A DNA stretch of 64,000 nucleotides from Somniosus microcephalus (Eukaryota): assembly GCA_052327205.1 (NCBI GenBank), contig CM126214.1, forward strand, positions 177,878,001 to 177,942,000, read 5' to 3'. Below the pieces are notes generated by a model. It saw nothing but the letters and a program-made list of their open reading frames with translations, was not told the origin of the DNA and made no database searches. Below are positions 1 to 14,334 of the stretch, piece by piece; within the stretch, counting starts at the first letter, position 1, and every line of letters starts with the position of its first letter. The position numbers and the translations under genes were made by a program.

Positions 1-20
1 AGCTTGTTCCTCTTGTATTT

Positions 21-371
21 CATAGAATCACAGAAACCCCACAGTGCAGATAGAGGCCATTTTGGCCCATCGAGCCTGCACCGACACATGTCCCACCCAA
101 TCCCCATAACCCCTACACCAACACATATCCCACCCTATCCCCGTAACCCCACGTATTAAATCCCCCCTAACACTTAAGGATCAATTTATCACAGCCAATC
201 AACCTAACCCGCACATCTTTGGACTGTGGGAGGAAACCGGAGCACCCGGAGGAAACCCACGCAAACACGGGGAGAATGTGTGCAAACTCCACACAGACAG
301 TCGCCCGAGGCCGGATTTGAACCCGGGTCCCTGGCGCTGTGAGGCAACAGTGCTAACCACTATGCCACCGT
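21..371 (-). mobile_element. tRNA-derived V-SINE (HE1-like)
   Basis: A/B boxes (TGGCATAGTGG, GGTTCAAATCC), V-domain GTGGAGTTTGCA…TTCTCCCCGTG, CR1-type tail. Confidence 0.85.
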
Positions 372-599
372 GGTCATGCTTTAATGACCTGACTGGCAAA
401 ACATTATTTCAACTTATCCAACCCAGCATGCAACCACCTCTCGAACTCCTCCAATACCGTCGATTCCCCTACTTAGCTGGCAGATTGTGCCAAATATTTA
501 TCACCCTCTTGAGTAATATTATTTTAAGATTTGCTTCTAATTTATTTTTCAATAATTAAAATTTGTGGTCATGCTTTAATGACCTGACTGGCAAAACAT

Positions 600-1950
600 T
601 ATTTTGGGTTCACCTTATCTATGCTTTTTGAAACTGTATATATGCCTCCCTAATGTCCTCCCTTAACCTTCCTTCTAGGTGGTAGAGCTTAACCTTTTAT
701 AATCTTCCCTCGTTGTCCATTCCTTCTATACTTGTGATCAATGTTATTGCTCTTCTTTGCACCCTTTCGAATGCATTTATGCCCGTATTGAAGTGTGGCA
801 ACTAGAATAACACACAGGTATGCTAAGTGCGGTCTGATTGAGATGCAATATGAAGTTTCAGCATAACTTCTGTACTCTTCTACTCCACTGCTCTGGCTAT
901 GCGTCCAAGCATTCTGTTTTCTTATGTCATTGCTTCTCCACTCCGCAGTAGATCGTAACTTTCGGGTGGTCAACCAGTGGGAGTCCTAAGCCATTTCGAG
1001 GCCCGGGCCTGCTGCATGCCCCAATAGGAGTGTGGTGGTGGGGGGCGGGCGGTTGCGGAGGGGGGGGGGGAAGTGCAGGGCAGCAGTGCCCCACTTGATT
1101 CTTGTGGAACCTGGAGGAGCACTCCATTACATAGAAACATAGAAGACAGGAGCAGGAGTAGGCCATTCGGCCCTTCGAGCCTGCTCCGCCATTCAATGCG
1201 ATCATGGCTGATCATCCAATTTCAGTACCCGGTCCCTGCCTTCTCCCCATACCCCTGGATCCCTTTAGCCTTAAGAAATATATCCAACTCCTTCTTGAAT
1301 ATAGAAACATAGAAGATTGTCGTTACATTGTAAGTGAGAAATCTACTATCCCTCCCAGGTCTCTTTCAAAGTTTACTTTTATTAATACTACTCCCTTCAT
1401 TGTATACCGTTGTTGCCTATTCTTTCTTCCACTATGTAATAGTTCACGTTTGTCAATATTAAATTTAAATTTCCCATTTATTGGTATAGTTGCAAAAATG
1501 TCTAAATCCTTCTACAAAATCAGAACTGCATTCATGGTTCTTACTGCACTCCCCATTTTAGTACTGTTTGCAAAAGTCACGCGCTTACAATCGGTTGCTT
1601 CACCCAGGACATTTATGTAAATAAGAAATATCAAAGGTCCAAGCACTGACCTCTAATACTCCACATTATCACATCTCCCCTGGCCTGACAGTATGCCTCT
1701 AACTATACATTTCCTATTTTATTGATCAGAGTTCTTATCCAGTCGCATAATTTTACTCTGAATTCCCATGTAGTCTTTGATGCAAGACTTTATTAAAAGT
1801 TTTCTAGAAGCTGAAATAAACTACATCATAGCCCCTTCCGATATCTATGTTAACATTCGCAAAGAAGCTGAGGAGGTCTGTCGCGCAAGAACTTTTCCTG
1901 CTAACTCCATGCTGTTACTTATTAAGCTATTATTATACAAACACCCTAGT
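600..1950 (-). mobile_element. old degenerate CR1 LINE fragment with a younger CR1 3' end nested at ~1129-1300
   Basis: IRPHL and GSVLGP-like remnants on the - strand; (TTCTATGT)n tail and 3' hairpin; boundaries approximate. Confidence 0.6.
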
Positions 1951-3733
1951 TACTTATTAAGCTGTTGCAACACCGGTATGCCTCCAACCTACACTGTCGT
2001 GTAGTTTCCATTATTTTACCCAGTTTTTATATAAAGCTAATGGATCTATGTTTGGTTGGGTCTAATTTTTCAATATTCCATTGTCACACATGCACAGGAT
2101 TGTGTGCAAGACAATGAAAATTACTGCACTAACCATTTTCCTTTGCTGTTACCATTTTTTTTTAAGAAGGGTTTTTATATTTATGAACCAGAAAATCAAA
2201 TTTGGTAATGAATCTAAACGTGCTTGACAAATTATTTAAAGCTGGCTGGATGTGAGATTTGAACGTTCTTTTGTTTTGGTTTCAATTGGTTTAGTTGAGC
2301 GAATCTGCCAGTGCTGCAGGGAGAAAAAAACTTCAACTTCCGTCCCTTGTTTACAGGAAATTCTGCTTTACCATCACAGGGTTCCCTCCCAGACAACTAA
2401 GCAGCAAAATGGGGGAAAAGCAACTGTTTCCAGCACATAAGAAAAATTACTCTTTAACTAACCAACAGTAGTTAAAATTTTAAGAAAATCTGGTTAATGC
2501 AGTACTTGCTACCTATGAAAAGGGCAATGAATGCTCTTGCAGTTTTTTTTTTACTTCATATATGTATTTATTTTAAATATATTTATATATCTTGTGACTG
2601 CATCAAGAGAGCTGACGCTGACTCGTTAAACTGATCTTGGTGTTTGCTGGAAATAAAGATAGACTGTGCCACAGCACAAACACTGTTTTCTTAAAGTCAA
2701 ATGCTACTCCAACAATCCTGTTTCGGCACCAGATGAGGTTATTATCGTGAACTTCTGTGTATAAGAAACAGGTGTCAAGATGATGACACAGTCAGGAAGA
2801 TGGCTTCAGAAGGAGAAGTGTTTGTAAAGCTGTGCTGGCTGTATTTGATGCAGACTTTTTGGATTGATGCAGAATATTGATGAGGAACTTCAGCTACTTG
2901 CAGGACCAGAAGTCTGGCTTCAGTGTTGACTGCTTTGGTTATCTTCAGAGGCTCCTTATTGAGTATTTTCTAAGGGTGCAATCAGCACTATGTTTAGTAT
3001 TGGTGTGAAGTGATTTTGGCATTACACCAGTGCCAAACTTGTATAGTTTTAATTGGCTGTTAATGCCAGAATTGACTCCTGAAGGAACGCAGAATGAAAT
3101 CTTTTCCCATAGGGAGTCTCACTGCAGCCCTGACCATGAATTCAGGCCACATTTAACTGTAGCCGGAATCCCAATGCAACCAGCACAGGCTGAGATCTGT
3201 ATGGATTTTTATGTTCTTTGTACATATGCATTCACACACATTCCTCAGTGAGGTGTAATTAGTTCCAGTATTAAATCAGATAGCCTGAAATGCACACTTC
3301 TTATATCATCTGTCAGAGTTGTTTATGCAAATTGTGTAAGAACTGGAACAAAGCAACTGTGTCATCTTTAATGTCAACCAACCATTTCTTTCAAAATTAA
3401 AAGGAAATGAGAGTCACGTGCAGGACAAATGGAAAATGACGCACTGAATGCCTCTGCAGAGGTGGCACAATGTGAAAGCCATTATTACGCTTAGTTTTTG
3501 ATTTAAAATTAATCCTATTGGTACATTAGATATCCCACTGTTCTAGTACTTGCATGATCCAACGTATAAAGCTATTGGTGTGTGTTTCCAGAATGATTTT
3601 TTTTTAAACTTGTTAATTTGTTACTGGATAAGAAAGATTCTTCTAATCAGTGACCTCTTCTAAAGAGGGATAGTATTTGAGTTGAGTCCTTACCTCTTCA
3701 GTTTTGTTTCACAGTCGCTGATATGTGTTTAAG

Positions 3734-3822
3734 ATGAGTGGACCTGGAGAAATCGCATTGGATCCGGTGAATTCTGATGCAAGGAAACGAAAGCTTTCTT
3801 CCTTTGATGCGCAGGGATCGAG
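3734..3822 (+). CDS. NCOA3: NCOA3 first coding exon (MSGPGEIALDPVNSDARKRKLSSFDAQGS); exon begins at 3715 with 19 nt of 5'UTR
   Basis: ATG at 3734, p160-type N-terminus with RKRK NLS, acceptor cacag|3715, donor AG|gtatgt; phase 2 matches the next exon. Confidence 0.93.
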
Positions 3823-6505
3823 GTATGTAAAGAACTACAGTTATGGTATCTTTTGAGGTTGATCTGATTAAAAGGCAGTGATAGTATTGTAATTAAGGTA
3901 TGCAAAAAGTCAATTTTCCACCCCCCCCCCCCAACCAACCCTCCACAGCGCACCCCTCCCCCCACAACACCAAAACCAATTTTTCCTAAATAATGGTTTC
4001 ACTATTTGTGGCCTTCTGCAGTGAATCTCAGAAGAAATGTGGTACAGGCACCAGGCGTCCCATTTGAGGGTTTCCTGCAGTGATGTGAATGGGTCAGTTT
4101 GGAGCAGGAATTTTATTTTTCTCTCCTTCCTTTTAGAATTTCCCGTTTGGGAAAGTAGTTCTTGGGTCACCCTAGGTCTTCGATTAGGAATGCACCTTAT
4201 GAGGAATTTATTAAAGATATATATTCTAGCCCGGTAGTACAAGCATGTGAGAACTTCACTATTCCCCAGAAGCTCAGTAGGCCCTGAATTTACACTTCAA
4301 GGCATAACGATATACTTTGGTAAACCTGCTTCTTAGTTCAATTCATGGGGTAACTAGTTTGAATACATTGGATAGAGGTGGAAGAATGTTTTTACTATAG
4401 AAATGGCTGTTCACGTCAGGCATTTCACAGGCAGTAGTTGTCTGTTTTTCATTGTCATGGATGCAATTGGTTGCCAACTTGTGTTTGTACATCTTTTTAT
4501 TCTGAGCATTTTTATATCAGATGATGCTGAATGCCACCTGTAACTGGCTGAATTCACCTTGGCTTGTTTGGTCTACTTGAACAATATACAGAACAAGAGT
4601 TTCCACTTTGGGCACAATCGGCGATCCAGGCGCAAATTGTGAGCAAAATTGCACCAGTTTTACAATGGGTTTTTTTTTGCTCAAGTTTCCGCTCAAACTT
4701 ATTTGCATATCGCTGAATGTAAAATCTTCCATGAACCAGTGCAATCAGGCAGCGTTTTAGAATGTAATTTTTTTTTTAAATTGCAGAATTTTTTTTTTGA
4801 TATATTTAAGTTTTATTAATACAGCTGAAAATTAGTTTAGCACCAAATAAGCATTTTTAATCAGTGTCTCGTCCACCACCTGATTTTAAATAACAGAGAA
4901 TGACTTTAAAAAACTATACAGAACCATTTACTAGTTACATTGGTGTACAGTCAGTTTCTTAGTAAATTAAAAATTGTTTTTCAACCTTTTAAAACATGCC
5001 TATTATTAGTGTCCTTGCTCCAAAAAAACCCCACCCAGCTTAATTTTAAGCGCCTCCTCGATGGCCCGCAAGCGGGTGCAATTAGCGGAAACTCCAAGTG
5101 GTGATTAATTCAACCTGGGGGTGTGGCCAGATTTGTGGGCGGGGCCAGATATCACACAAAAGATTGTGGAAACTCGATTTGGGCTGGACGTAATTTGTGC
5201 TTGAAATTACTCGCTCTTTAGCTGTTTTCAGGCAAATTGCACTGCAAAAACCAGCACAACCTAGCGGAAACCCCAGGCCACTATTTTTAGTTGGCATGGA
5301 CTTGGAAGTGGAGTTGAAAACTGCTTTTTGCATTCATGAGAGACTAGGCATTTCTGGGTTTTCTGGCAAAATGCTGCATCTCCGATTTGATACAGTAAAA
5401 TAATTCTAGGAAATAAAAGGAACATATTGCAGTTCTGCAGACTTTTCTAAAGAAAACGTGTTGTAAAAGACTTTATTTGATTTGTCCTGCAAAAATATGA
5501 ATGGGTTTCTCTACATCTACCCATTAGCAATGTTTATGAAATGGAAGTATTGTGTTTAAGCGCCATGCAGTAAACATTTCCATTTTACTCATCTGTCCCA
5601 GGAACACTCACTTTTTTTAACATCTGAAACATTGCTATTTAGACACATTCCCCAGGGCCAAATCTTTGTCACTAGTGATTCTTACTGCATTCACATTCAG
5701 AGTGAGAGTTTGTACCCTGTTCATAGTGGTAAGTAGCTCAATTTGTTCTGAAACTAGTAAAAACATATTTTTAGCTTGGCACAATCAATTGCCACTTGAT
5801 TTCTTGGGAATCATCACTGGTTTAAACCATACCTCTCCAGGCTAGGTCCCATGGCAATGCTGGGTTGGCAGGTTGTGGACTCTTGATCTGAATTTCTCCA
5901 CTCCCTAAAATACTAATTGACTCAGCTGCCATGTGAATTTTCATACAAGTAATGCAGGTGCAGGATCTAAAAAAAAATACAACTGCCTTATTATGCATGT
6001 ATTTGGTGGAACTTGCCCAGCAGTATAAGTGGAATCTGCCCTAACCTACACTAATCTGCCCAGCACCAAGTCTTGGCACAAACAACGTATTGTTTTGAGT
6101 TGCACCAAACATGTCTGAGGAGCTAGAGATTTTCTGGCTGAAGAAGCAGGATACTATCTACAAAAACACTCTTTTTGCAGGCCAACTATCAGCATACATT
6201 TTAAGTATAAGGTTCTCCCTTCTCTTTGTGAATCTGCTTAAAATCATATGCAGTTGAAGTCATTAATGCGATGCCACCTGTGGGAAGATCTGCAGTACTG
6301 CAACCTTTAAAAAATATTTATATCTCTAATAATAAAAACATTGGCCAGAATTTCCTGGAAGGTGTGATTGGTGACGTAGACTGTAAATTACGGCAATTCA
6401 CACATCAGTCTTTCCGTCGCGAACTTCCTGGAAAAATCATTTGAATGCGCCCCAGCGAACATAACGTGGAATCGGGACCTCGGAAGCGGTTAGTCAATAT
6501 CTCTT

Positions 6506-6914
6506 GCAAAAGCAGAATACTGCGGATGCTGGAAATCTGAAACAAAAACAGAAAATGCTGGAAATACTCAGCAGGTCAGGCAGCATCTGCGGAGAGAGAA
6601 ACAGAGTTAACGTTCCAGGTCGATGACACTTCGTCAGAACTGGAAAAAGTTGGAGATGTAACAGATTTTTAAGCAAGTGTAGGGGCAGGGAGAGGCGGGA
6701 GGGGAGGAGAGGAAAGAACAAAAGGGAAGGTCTGTGATAGGGTGGAAGGCAGGAGAGATTAAGAGACAAAAGGGATGATGGTGCGAGGCAAAAGGAGCTG
6801 GTAAAGGAACAAGTTAAGAAACAAAAGATGACTCTAGATGAAGTGTAAATGGCACTGGCAGGATGATCAACGGCTGCCATGTGAAAGAGAGAGAAAAAAA
6901 TTATAGGGGCAGAG
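6506..6914 (-). mobile_element. Penelope-like 3'-end fragment; hammerhead core mutated (GGAAC)
   Basis: same 3' module as 61258-61360; 13-bp TSD with one mismatch, GTCAATA(T/C)CTCTT at 6493-6505 and 6915-6927. Confidence 0.85.
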
Positions 6915-7393
6915 GTCAATACCTCTTCTTCATCATCAGTGAGCTAATTAAGCAGATCAATATTGCCATGATCTGAGTAGTCGAAATCTTGAAGTTCAAA
7001 TCCTTTTGCTGCGCTGCACTTGATCACTTGCAGAAAATGGTTTGAGTTCTGAACACACTCAGCTGCTATGTTCAGTTTTCAGGAACATTGTAAGTCCTGT
7101 TCTGAAAAACATTGTCTTTGTATCCCAAATTGACTGTCCTTGATTATGCTCGTTGATGGCTAACTTAGAGGCTACACAGCTTGCAGCACTTTGCTTTGAT
7201 CGACATTCTGTTCAGTCTTGTTACTATTAAGTGGAAGTCACTGATTTCTGTGGCAAAAATGGATTGCAGAATATGCAGATCGTGGTGACAGAAAATTGAT
7301 ATTGTATTCTGGCAGGAACTAGACTGTTATGAGGTTATTTGTTGGTCGTGATTATTAGAGTATTCACCATCCTGTATACCTTGTGTTTGACAG

Positions 7394-7566
7394 TGTGAAC
7401 TGCAGCATTGAAAAGCGTCGTCGTGAGCAAGAGAGCAAATATATTGAGGAGCTGGCTGAACTAATCTCTGCCAACCTAAGTGACATTGACAACTTCAATG
7501 TCAAACCTGATAAATGTGCAATCTTGAAAGAAACTGTGAGGCAGATTCGCCAGATAAAGGAGCAAG
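7394..7566 (+). CDS. NCOA3: NCOA3 exon, bHLH domain ([46 protein letters not shown])
   Basis: near-identical to the p160 bHLH; cag acceptor, G|gtaacg donor; 173 nt. Confidence 0.97.
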
Positions 7567-7879
7567 GTAACGTGGTGCATTCTAATCCTTCCACAAATTT
7601 TTGCTGTGGAAAATATCCAATGGACTGAGCCACTGGCAAATTTTGTGTGCGTTAGGACATTTTACTAAGTTAAAGGCACTATATACATGCAAGTTGTTGT
7701 TGTAAACTTTACATGAATTATCTTTGAAGTACAGTGTCTTCGAAGTTAGCAATTAATAGTGAAGCCCAGAAAAATATCGGAGCCTTATGTCAGGCACTAA
7801 AATGCTTTAATAAATCCCCCACCATTCCTATAAATTTGCCTATATTAGCCTCAGAATTCCCACTGCAATTGTCTTCATG

Positions 7880-8180
7880 GTCCCTGTGCCCTCTCGGGTG
7901 GAAGTAAAAGATCCCATGGCACTATTTCGAAGAAGAACAGGGGAGTTATTCCCGGTGTCACAGCCAATATTTATCCCTCAATCAACTTCACTAAAACAGA
8001 GTATCAGGTCATTATCACATTGCTGTTTGTGGGAGTTTGCTGTGCGCAAATTGGCTGTCACGTTTCCTACATTACAACAGTGACTGCACTTCAAAAAGTG
8101 CTTCATTGGCTGTAAAGTGCATTGGGACGTCCAGTGGTCGGGAAAGGCACTATATAAATGCAGGTTCTTTTTTTTCTTTC
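7880..8180 (+). mobile_element. Deu-domain SINE 3' half
   Basis: reverse complement of 53078-53355. Confidence 0.72.
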
Positions 8181-9819
8181 TAAACCGATTGTTCATTTGT
8201 GTCCAGTAATGGGCACTTTTACATTGAGTGAGCGCCATTGTTGACAGGTAATTGGTAATTTTATCAACGTTATAAAGCAGGTGACCTCAGCTGCTGCAGT
8301 GATGTTGGAAACACAGATTTCTATGAGTCCTACAAGCTACTGTTGGGTTTGCACTTGCAACTAACTGTACAAAATCGGATTCCTTCCTTTTTAAGCCATC
8401 AATTGCAGGTCAGCAACAGGCTTTGATTTGGACATGGCTGGGACAAAGCTAAATAGAGGTCCTAGAGCCACTGTTTAACTACACCCCTCTGGGCCTTTTA
8501 GCAACATATGAAAATGACTTGCTACTCTTCAGCCTATTGGATTTTTCCCCGTTCCCTTTCAAGATTTGTATTGTAATTGCCTCATTTTAATTTGCCAAAA
8601 ACTATCAGTGTGATTCCAGGGCAAAGAGATTGAAGTATTGTTCTAATATGGTGTGCTGTAATTTGGACAGTCGTACAAAGTTCCACAAATTAATTTCAGT
8701 GGTCCACCTTGCTCCAATAATTCCATACGTGTTAGCCCTGCAGAGAAATGTTCAAATTTTAGGTGCTAAACTCTTGGGATTATTTCTTTTTGTCCATTCA
8801 TAACCAGTGGGTGGAATATTTAGCCCTGTGTTCTTTACTTTCTTTTGTGACTTCTGTGATATCATACTGAATTTTATTTACTTTTTACTAAAAAAAATTC
8901 TAACAGTTTTTACTAATTTTCTCCAAGGGGTTCAATCTTGTCCCTGATTTTTCTCCCACTATTTTATACTAAAAATAGAACCTGTAAAACACCAGAAGAC
9001 CTAGATTTTTTTGAATAATTTATTTTATCATAATGTTTAATGATCCTTACTCATCCTCTGCTTTCCAAAAGTGTATTGTAAGCAATGACCAAAGTTGATT
9101 GCTTGCACGGAACATTACCACTCCTCCATACTCTGCAAATCTGATAAGATTGAGAATGATAGAACACTGTCAGTGTGATCTTTGGCTTTGTCTTTAAATC
9201 CTCATCCTAGTCTTCAAATGCCCCACCCTATCTCTGCAATTTCCTCCAACCCTATATTGTCTCCTAAACTCTCCATTACTCTGACTCCAGCTATTTGTGC
9301 ATGTTTCCCCTTCACCCACTCACTCCAGCACTGGTGACAGAGCCTTCAGTTGCCTGGTCCTACTTTCTGGAATTCCCTCCCTAAACATCTCCACCTCTCT
9401 CCTTTTATAAACTTTCTGAAATCGTTTTTGGTCACCCCTCGTAATCTTTCCCACCTTGGCTCGGTGTCCCTCTTTTCCTTATGCCTGTCTGTGAAGCACA
9501 TTGGGATTTTCTTCTGTGTTAGAAGGTGCTATATTAATGCAATTTGTTGTTGAACTTAGTAAAGTTGTTAAGCTTGTTAAGCTCAGAAGCTGGTGTAGTG
9601 CACTTGTGATCTAAGATCCTAGTGTGATGCTTTTACTGCTTTCTTTTGGCCTATATTCAGGAGCTCTGTTTACAACTCTTAATTTAAAAATATATCCCCT
9701 AAAAGTACTTCTAGGAAACAGTGGACTTTGGTGCGACAGCGAAACTTGAGCGCAGCCTTTCTTTCTATTTTGTTTTTTTTTGTTGCTGTTCCGTTAGAGA
9801 TGATTGTTTTTCTTCACAG

Positions 9820-9920
9820 GAAAAGCATCTTCAAATGAAGATGATGTGCAGAAAGCAGATGTATCTTCGACAGGACAAGGCGTCATCGATAAGGATTCAT
9901 TGGGGCCTCTCTTGCTTAAG
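9820..9920 (+). CDS. NCOA3: NCOA3 exon ([33 protein letters not shown])
   Basis: p160 DVSSTGQ motif; cacag acceptor, AAG|gtaagc donor; 101 nt. Confidence 0.96.
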
Positions 9921-10198
9921 GTAAGCCTCAGATGCACAATAGATTATTATTTTCATGTTTATGCATATAAGCACTTCTCCTTTTAAAGTGGAAGAGCCTT
10001 TCAGTGCTGGACAGTTTAATTGTTCAAGTAGACTTCAGGAAGGAAAGTTTTTTTAAATTCTATGAATGCTACTGGACATATGTCTTTTAAAATACACATC
10101 TTCACTTACTGCTCTGAAATGAGCCCTGCGGTGAATTCTGATAAATATTCCTACAGACATTTTACACAGCGAGACATGGTTTTCTTTGTGGTTTGTAG

Positions 10199-10373
10199 GC
10201 CTTGGATGGCTTTCTGTTTGTGGTCAATCGAGATGGAAACATTGTGTTTGTGTCTGAAAACGTTACCCAGTACCTTCAGTACAAACAGGAGGAGCTCATG
10301 AACACCAGTGTGTATAACATCCTTCACCAGGAGGACCGTGATGAATTTCTTCGAAATTTGCCAAAATCTACAG
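10199..10373 (+). CDS. NCOA3: NCOA3 exon, PAS-A ([26 protein letters not shown]...)
   Basis: PAS-A signature; tag acceptor, CAG|gtagga donor; 175 nt. Confidence 0.97.
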
Positions 10374-13265
10374 GTAGGAAAAGTATTTTAAAATGACCAA
10401 GTTCTGGTGCAGTGTGTGTGTGGGCAAGGAAATTTTAAGATGACTGAGTAATACTTCACAGTGTCCCCTCCTCAAGGATCAGGGGACTGACTTCCTAGGG
10501 CAGTGTTCGAAATAGGTACATAGTTCCAGATGAGTCTCACTATTACGAGAATATTTGATGATCCTACAGCTCAACATTCCCATCTCTTTGGAGGAGTCAC
10601 TGTTCCAACTCACTGTTAATTATGCATCCTATAGGTGATGGCAGCATGACAGAGTCTTTAATGAGACTGTTGCAATTGCACTTTCTCTCTGTGATTGTTG
10701 AGGCACAGGATATCAGTAAGTGTCAGCTGATGCCTTAAAATTGTGGTCTTGGAAGTTAAAGTGTGTAGATCAGGCTGTGACTCCCTACCCCTGTCTACCA
10801 CCCGATGCCTCGGTTTGGTAACACAATCTTTGCTACCAGGTGGGGCACCCATCTTCGTGACGCATGAATGGAAAGGTTATTAGTCCAACCAAGCCGTTTG
10901 GCAGATAAACGAACCCAAGCTGTGACTGCTTATTTTCTTCAGAAAAACGGTCCACAACAAACCAGTGAGAGTCAGACAGCCAACACCACCAAACATGAAC
11001 CAACTCGGATCTTCGACAAAGCAAGTTATCTGGAGATAGAAACAGCAGTATTCCAGAGGAAGAAGTGGCTGGAATTTTATTAGAGATGTTGAGACAGTTA
11101 AGCTAGAGCATTAGGTGGTCCCTCCTCAATCTTCCTTTTTTTTCCTACAATATTCAAGCTCATTCACAAGATCCAAGTAAAAGCTGACTGTTGTCATAGT
11201 GACCATTACTGGGAATAATGAAATGTTGATTCTTGAGTTAGCATCATTTGCCCCTTTGCATTATTTGCAGACAAGGTCTGAGGCAGGAGAACACAGTGGT
11301 TCTGAGTGCTTGAACTTTTGAGGGAACTAACCTAAGTAAAGGCAAGATTTCTTTCCTTCAGCGATGGATACCTTACTAGCATCTTAGCTTTCACCTTAAT
11401 AGTCTATAATGGTAGCTGTCAGTGAGAGGTACATTTGCGTCAAGGGGATGACTACAACCCATTGGGGCATGGTATTCGGCAATTTTAATTCACAGTTGCT
11501 GCTTCCTGAGGCTTTCAAGCATGTTCACGGAGACACTCTGTATGCTTTCCTTTGGCAGAAAGCTTTTTTTGATAAACAACTAATGGTCTCCAGGTTCATA
11601 AAAGGCACATAACACATTTTAAGTGTCAATTAATGCCTACCTGGGATTAAAATTTTCAGTTGAAATAAGGTTGTATCCGACCCATTTCAGGCATGATTTC
11701 TTGTGACTGCCTACTTTAAAAAAAAAATACTGTGACCTGGCAATCGGGAGGGAGAGGGAGAGGGGGAATGGGGTCAGAGCCCGGCAGGATGCTTGAAATC
11801 GGAGCTTGGTGACCAGGGGGGGTGGTGGGGCAGTTTGGGGGTTGCCAATCGCGGCAACGAGGAAAGGCTGCGATCAGCAGAAGGGAGGCCAAAGGCTTCC
11901 TTGAAGGGCCATGGGATCACTCCTGCTCCTCCTGGCCCACAAGCAGTGCTCTAAAAAGCACTTGCCTGCTGGAGCTGGCAGCTCTTGCTTCCATTTCGCT
12001 GCCGGGTTTCCCGAACCCTGGGAAACCCGTCCAGCAGCTGTTAAATTTAAATCAGGCTCCCAACTGCACTGTGGGAACCTGATTTAAATCTGATAATCTA
12101 GTCTCCCGCCTCGCCAAGATGGGATACACGTATGCCATGAAACCCATGCGGTAAAAATGGCAGAAGGTGGGTTGGGGGCACGTTGCCTGATTTAAAAAAA
12201 AAAAAAGTTTTTTTTTTAACCTCAGCCCTTTTCTGTCCGTCATGGGGGTGGAGGGTTAATATCAAAGCTTACATTTCCCTTGATACTTTCTGCACAGCAG
12301 CTGCTTGTAATAGCTTGCATGCATTTAGCTAGCAATATTGTCTGATTGGATGGTCAAGATGATGAGTGCCTAGGCTCCAATTAACCTCAACATTGAGATT
12401 TAAGTCCGACAGTTGCTAGCCTCTAATATTTTGTACTGCTATGGTAAAGTTAATTTATATACACAAGTTCATGGGCTTGGGGGTGGGGGGGTGGAAGGAG
12501 AATGTTAGATTACCAATTGTACGGTAGTTTAGCCTCCACGTACAAAGCTGCTGCTCTATATGGACATTCCAATTTCAAACTTGCCTATTCTCCGCAGTAA
12601 TGAATTATTCCCCCTCATGTTCCCTTGGTACTGCAGTGAAACAGGTGAGTACTGAATGCTAATACTTTTAGTGGGAAAGACTGGCACCTGAGGAAATAAG
12701 AATGGATAAAAAATGTTTGTTTTTTAAAAAGTTAAAGCAGTAAGGATATCCCAACAGTAAAAGACGCCAAAGCAGAGAGTTAAAAACATTGAATATACAA
12801 CTTATGTTTGCATACTACACACTTTTTTTTCTTTTTATTTGAGTGAATTTTCTTTATATTCACACACATTGGAGAAAAACATTTTACGATTAATTGTTTC
12901 TATACTTGGATTCTCAGTTACACACATTTCAGGAAAACCTCCAAAGAAACGTAGGGACAACATTTTTAGTGTGAGAAATGACTGCTCATGATCTGGGATC
13001 CCTGAAAAGTGTGCAGTGCTGCTGTGTAAATGTATTGGCGTGACTCGGTGCAGCCAGGTTTTGGAGCTGGAGGCTCCTGGAGCAGCCCAGAGACATCCCA
13101 GTGAGATGATAACCCCCTTTTAATCTTTAGCCTATTAACAGGTTTGCAAATGTATCTTAATGCTGCCAATGCATGCATGTCCAGATTTTACAGATTGTGT
13201 CTCTGATTAGTTCACCATAAAGATTACCGTATTATTGTTTATGATCTGTGTTCGTGTTTTCTCAG

Positions 13266-13454
13266 TGAATGGGGTTTCTTGGGCAAACGAAACGCAGAGA
13301 CAGAAGAGCTATACGTTCAACTGTCGCATGTTAGTTCAGATGCCGTACGATTCTTTGGAGGAGTCGAATGGAAACCACGAGCCACGTCAGAAATATGAAA
13401 CCATGCAGTGCTTTGCACTTTCTCAGCCAAAAGCTATGACTGACGAGGGTGAAG
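13266..13454 (+). CDS. NCOA3: NCOA3 exon ([23 protein letters not shown]...[15 protein letters not shown])
   Basis: [14 protein letters not shown] is diagnostic of NCOA3 rather than NCOA1/2; canonical splice sites; 189 nt. Confidence 0.96.
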
Positions 13455-13709
13455 GTAAGCCTCTAATCTATTAAACCAATAAGACTTCTATTTAAAAGCT
13501 GAAGTGATTTGTTTATATTAAAGTGGGTCACTTAGTGAAGTGGCTGCAATGTTCTTTGTATCGAGTGTTCTAAGGTGTTGCAGCATGAAAGGGAGATGGG
13601 TTAAAGTTACCGAGTAGCGCTCTTGTTTTTAAAAGTTACATTTCCTATGGCCAGAAACTGGAAAATGTTCTTAAGCTACCCAGTAAACAATTTAAATGGA
13701 TCTGTAAAC

Positions 13710-14330
13710 ACAGCACTGAGGTTCATTTCTAGAGGGATAGAATTTAAAAGCAGAGAAGTTATGTTAAACTAATATAGAACCTTGGTTAGACCACACTTGG
13801 AGTACTGTGAACATTTCTGGTCTCTATATTATAAAAAGGATATAGAGGCATTGGAGAAGGAGCAAACAAGATTTACTAGAATGGTATCAGAGCTGAGAGG
13901 TTATACCAATTGGGAAAGATTGAACCGGCTGGGCTCTTTTCTCAAGAAGAGAAGACTGAGGGGTGACCTGATAGAGGTCTTCAAGGTTATAAAAGGGTTT
14001 GATAGGATAGACCAAGAGAAAATGTTTCCACTTGTGGGCAAGACCAGAACCAGGGGCCATAAATATTAGTCATTAATAAATCCAGTGGGGAATTCAGGAG
14101 AAACTTCTTTACCCAGAGAGTGGTTAGAATGTGGAACTCACTATCACAGGGAATAGCATAGATGCATTCATTGGAAAACTAGCTAAGTACATGAGGGAGA
14201 AAAGAATAGAAGGATATGTTGTTGGGGTTAGATGAAAAGGGGCGGGAAGAGGCTCTTGTGGAGCATCAACACCGGCATGGACCTGTTGGGCAGAATGGCC
14301 TTTTTCTGTGCTGTAAATACTTTGTGATGC
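13710..14330 (+). mobile_element. CR1 LINE 3' fragment
   Basis: VRPHLEYC…RRLRGDLIEVFK…TRGH ORF2 C-terminal motifs. Confidence 0.88.
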
Positions 14331-14334
14331 TTCA

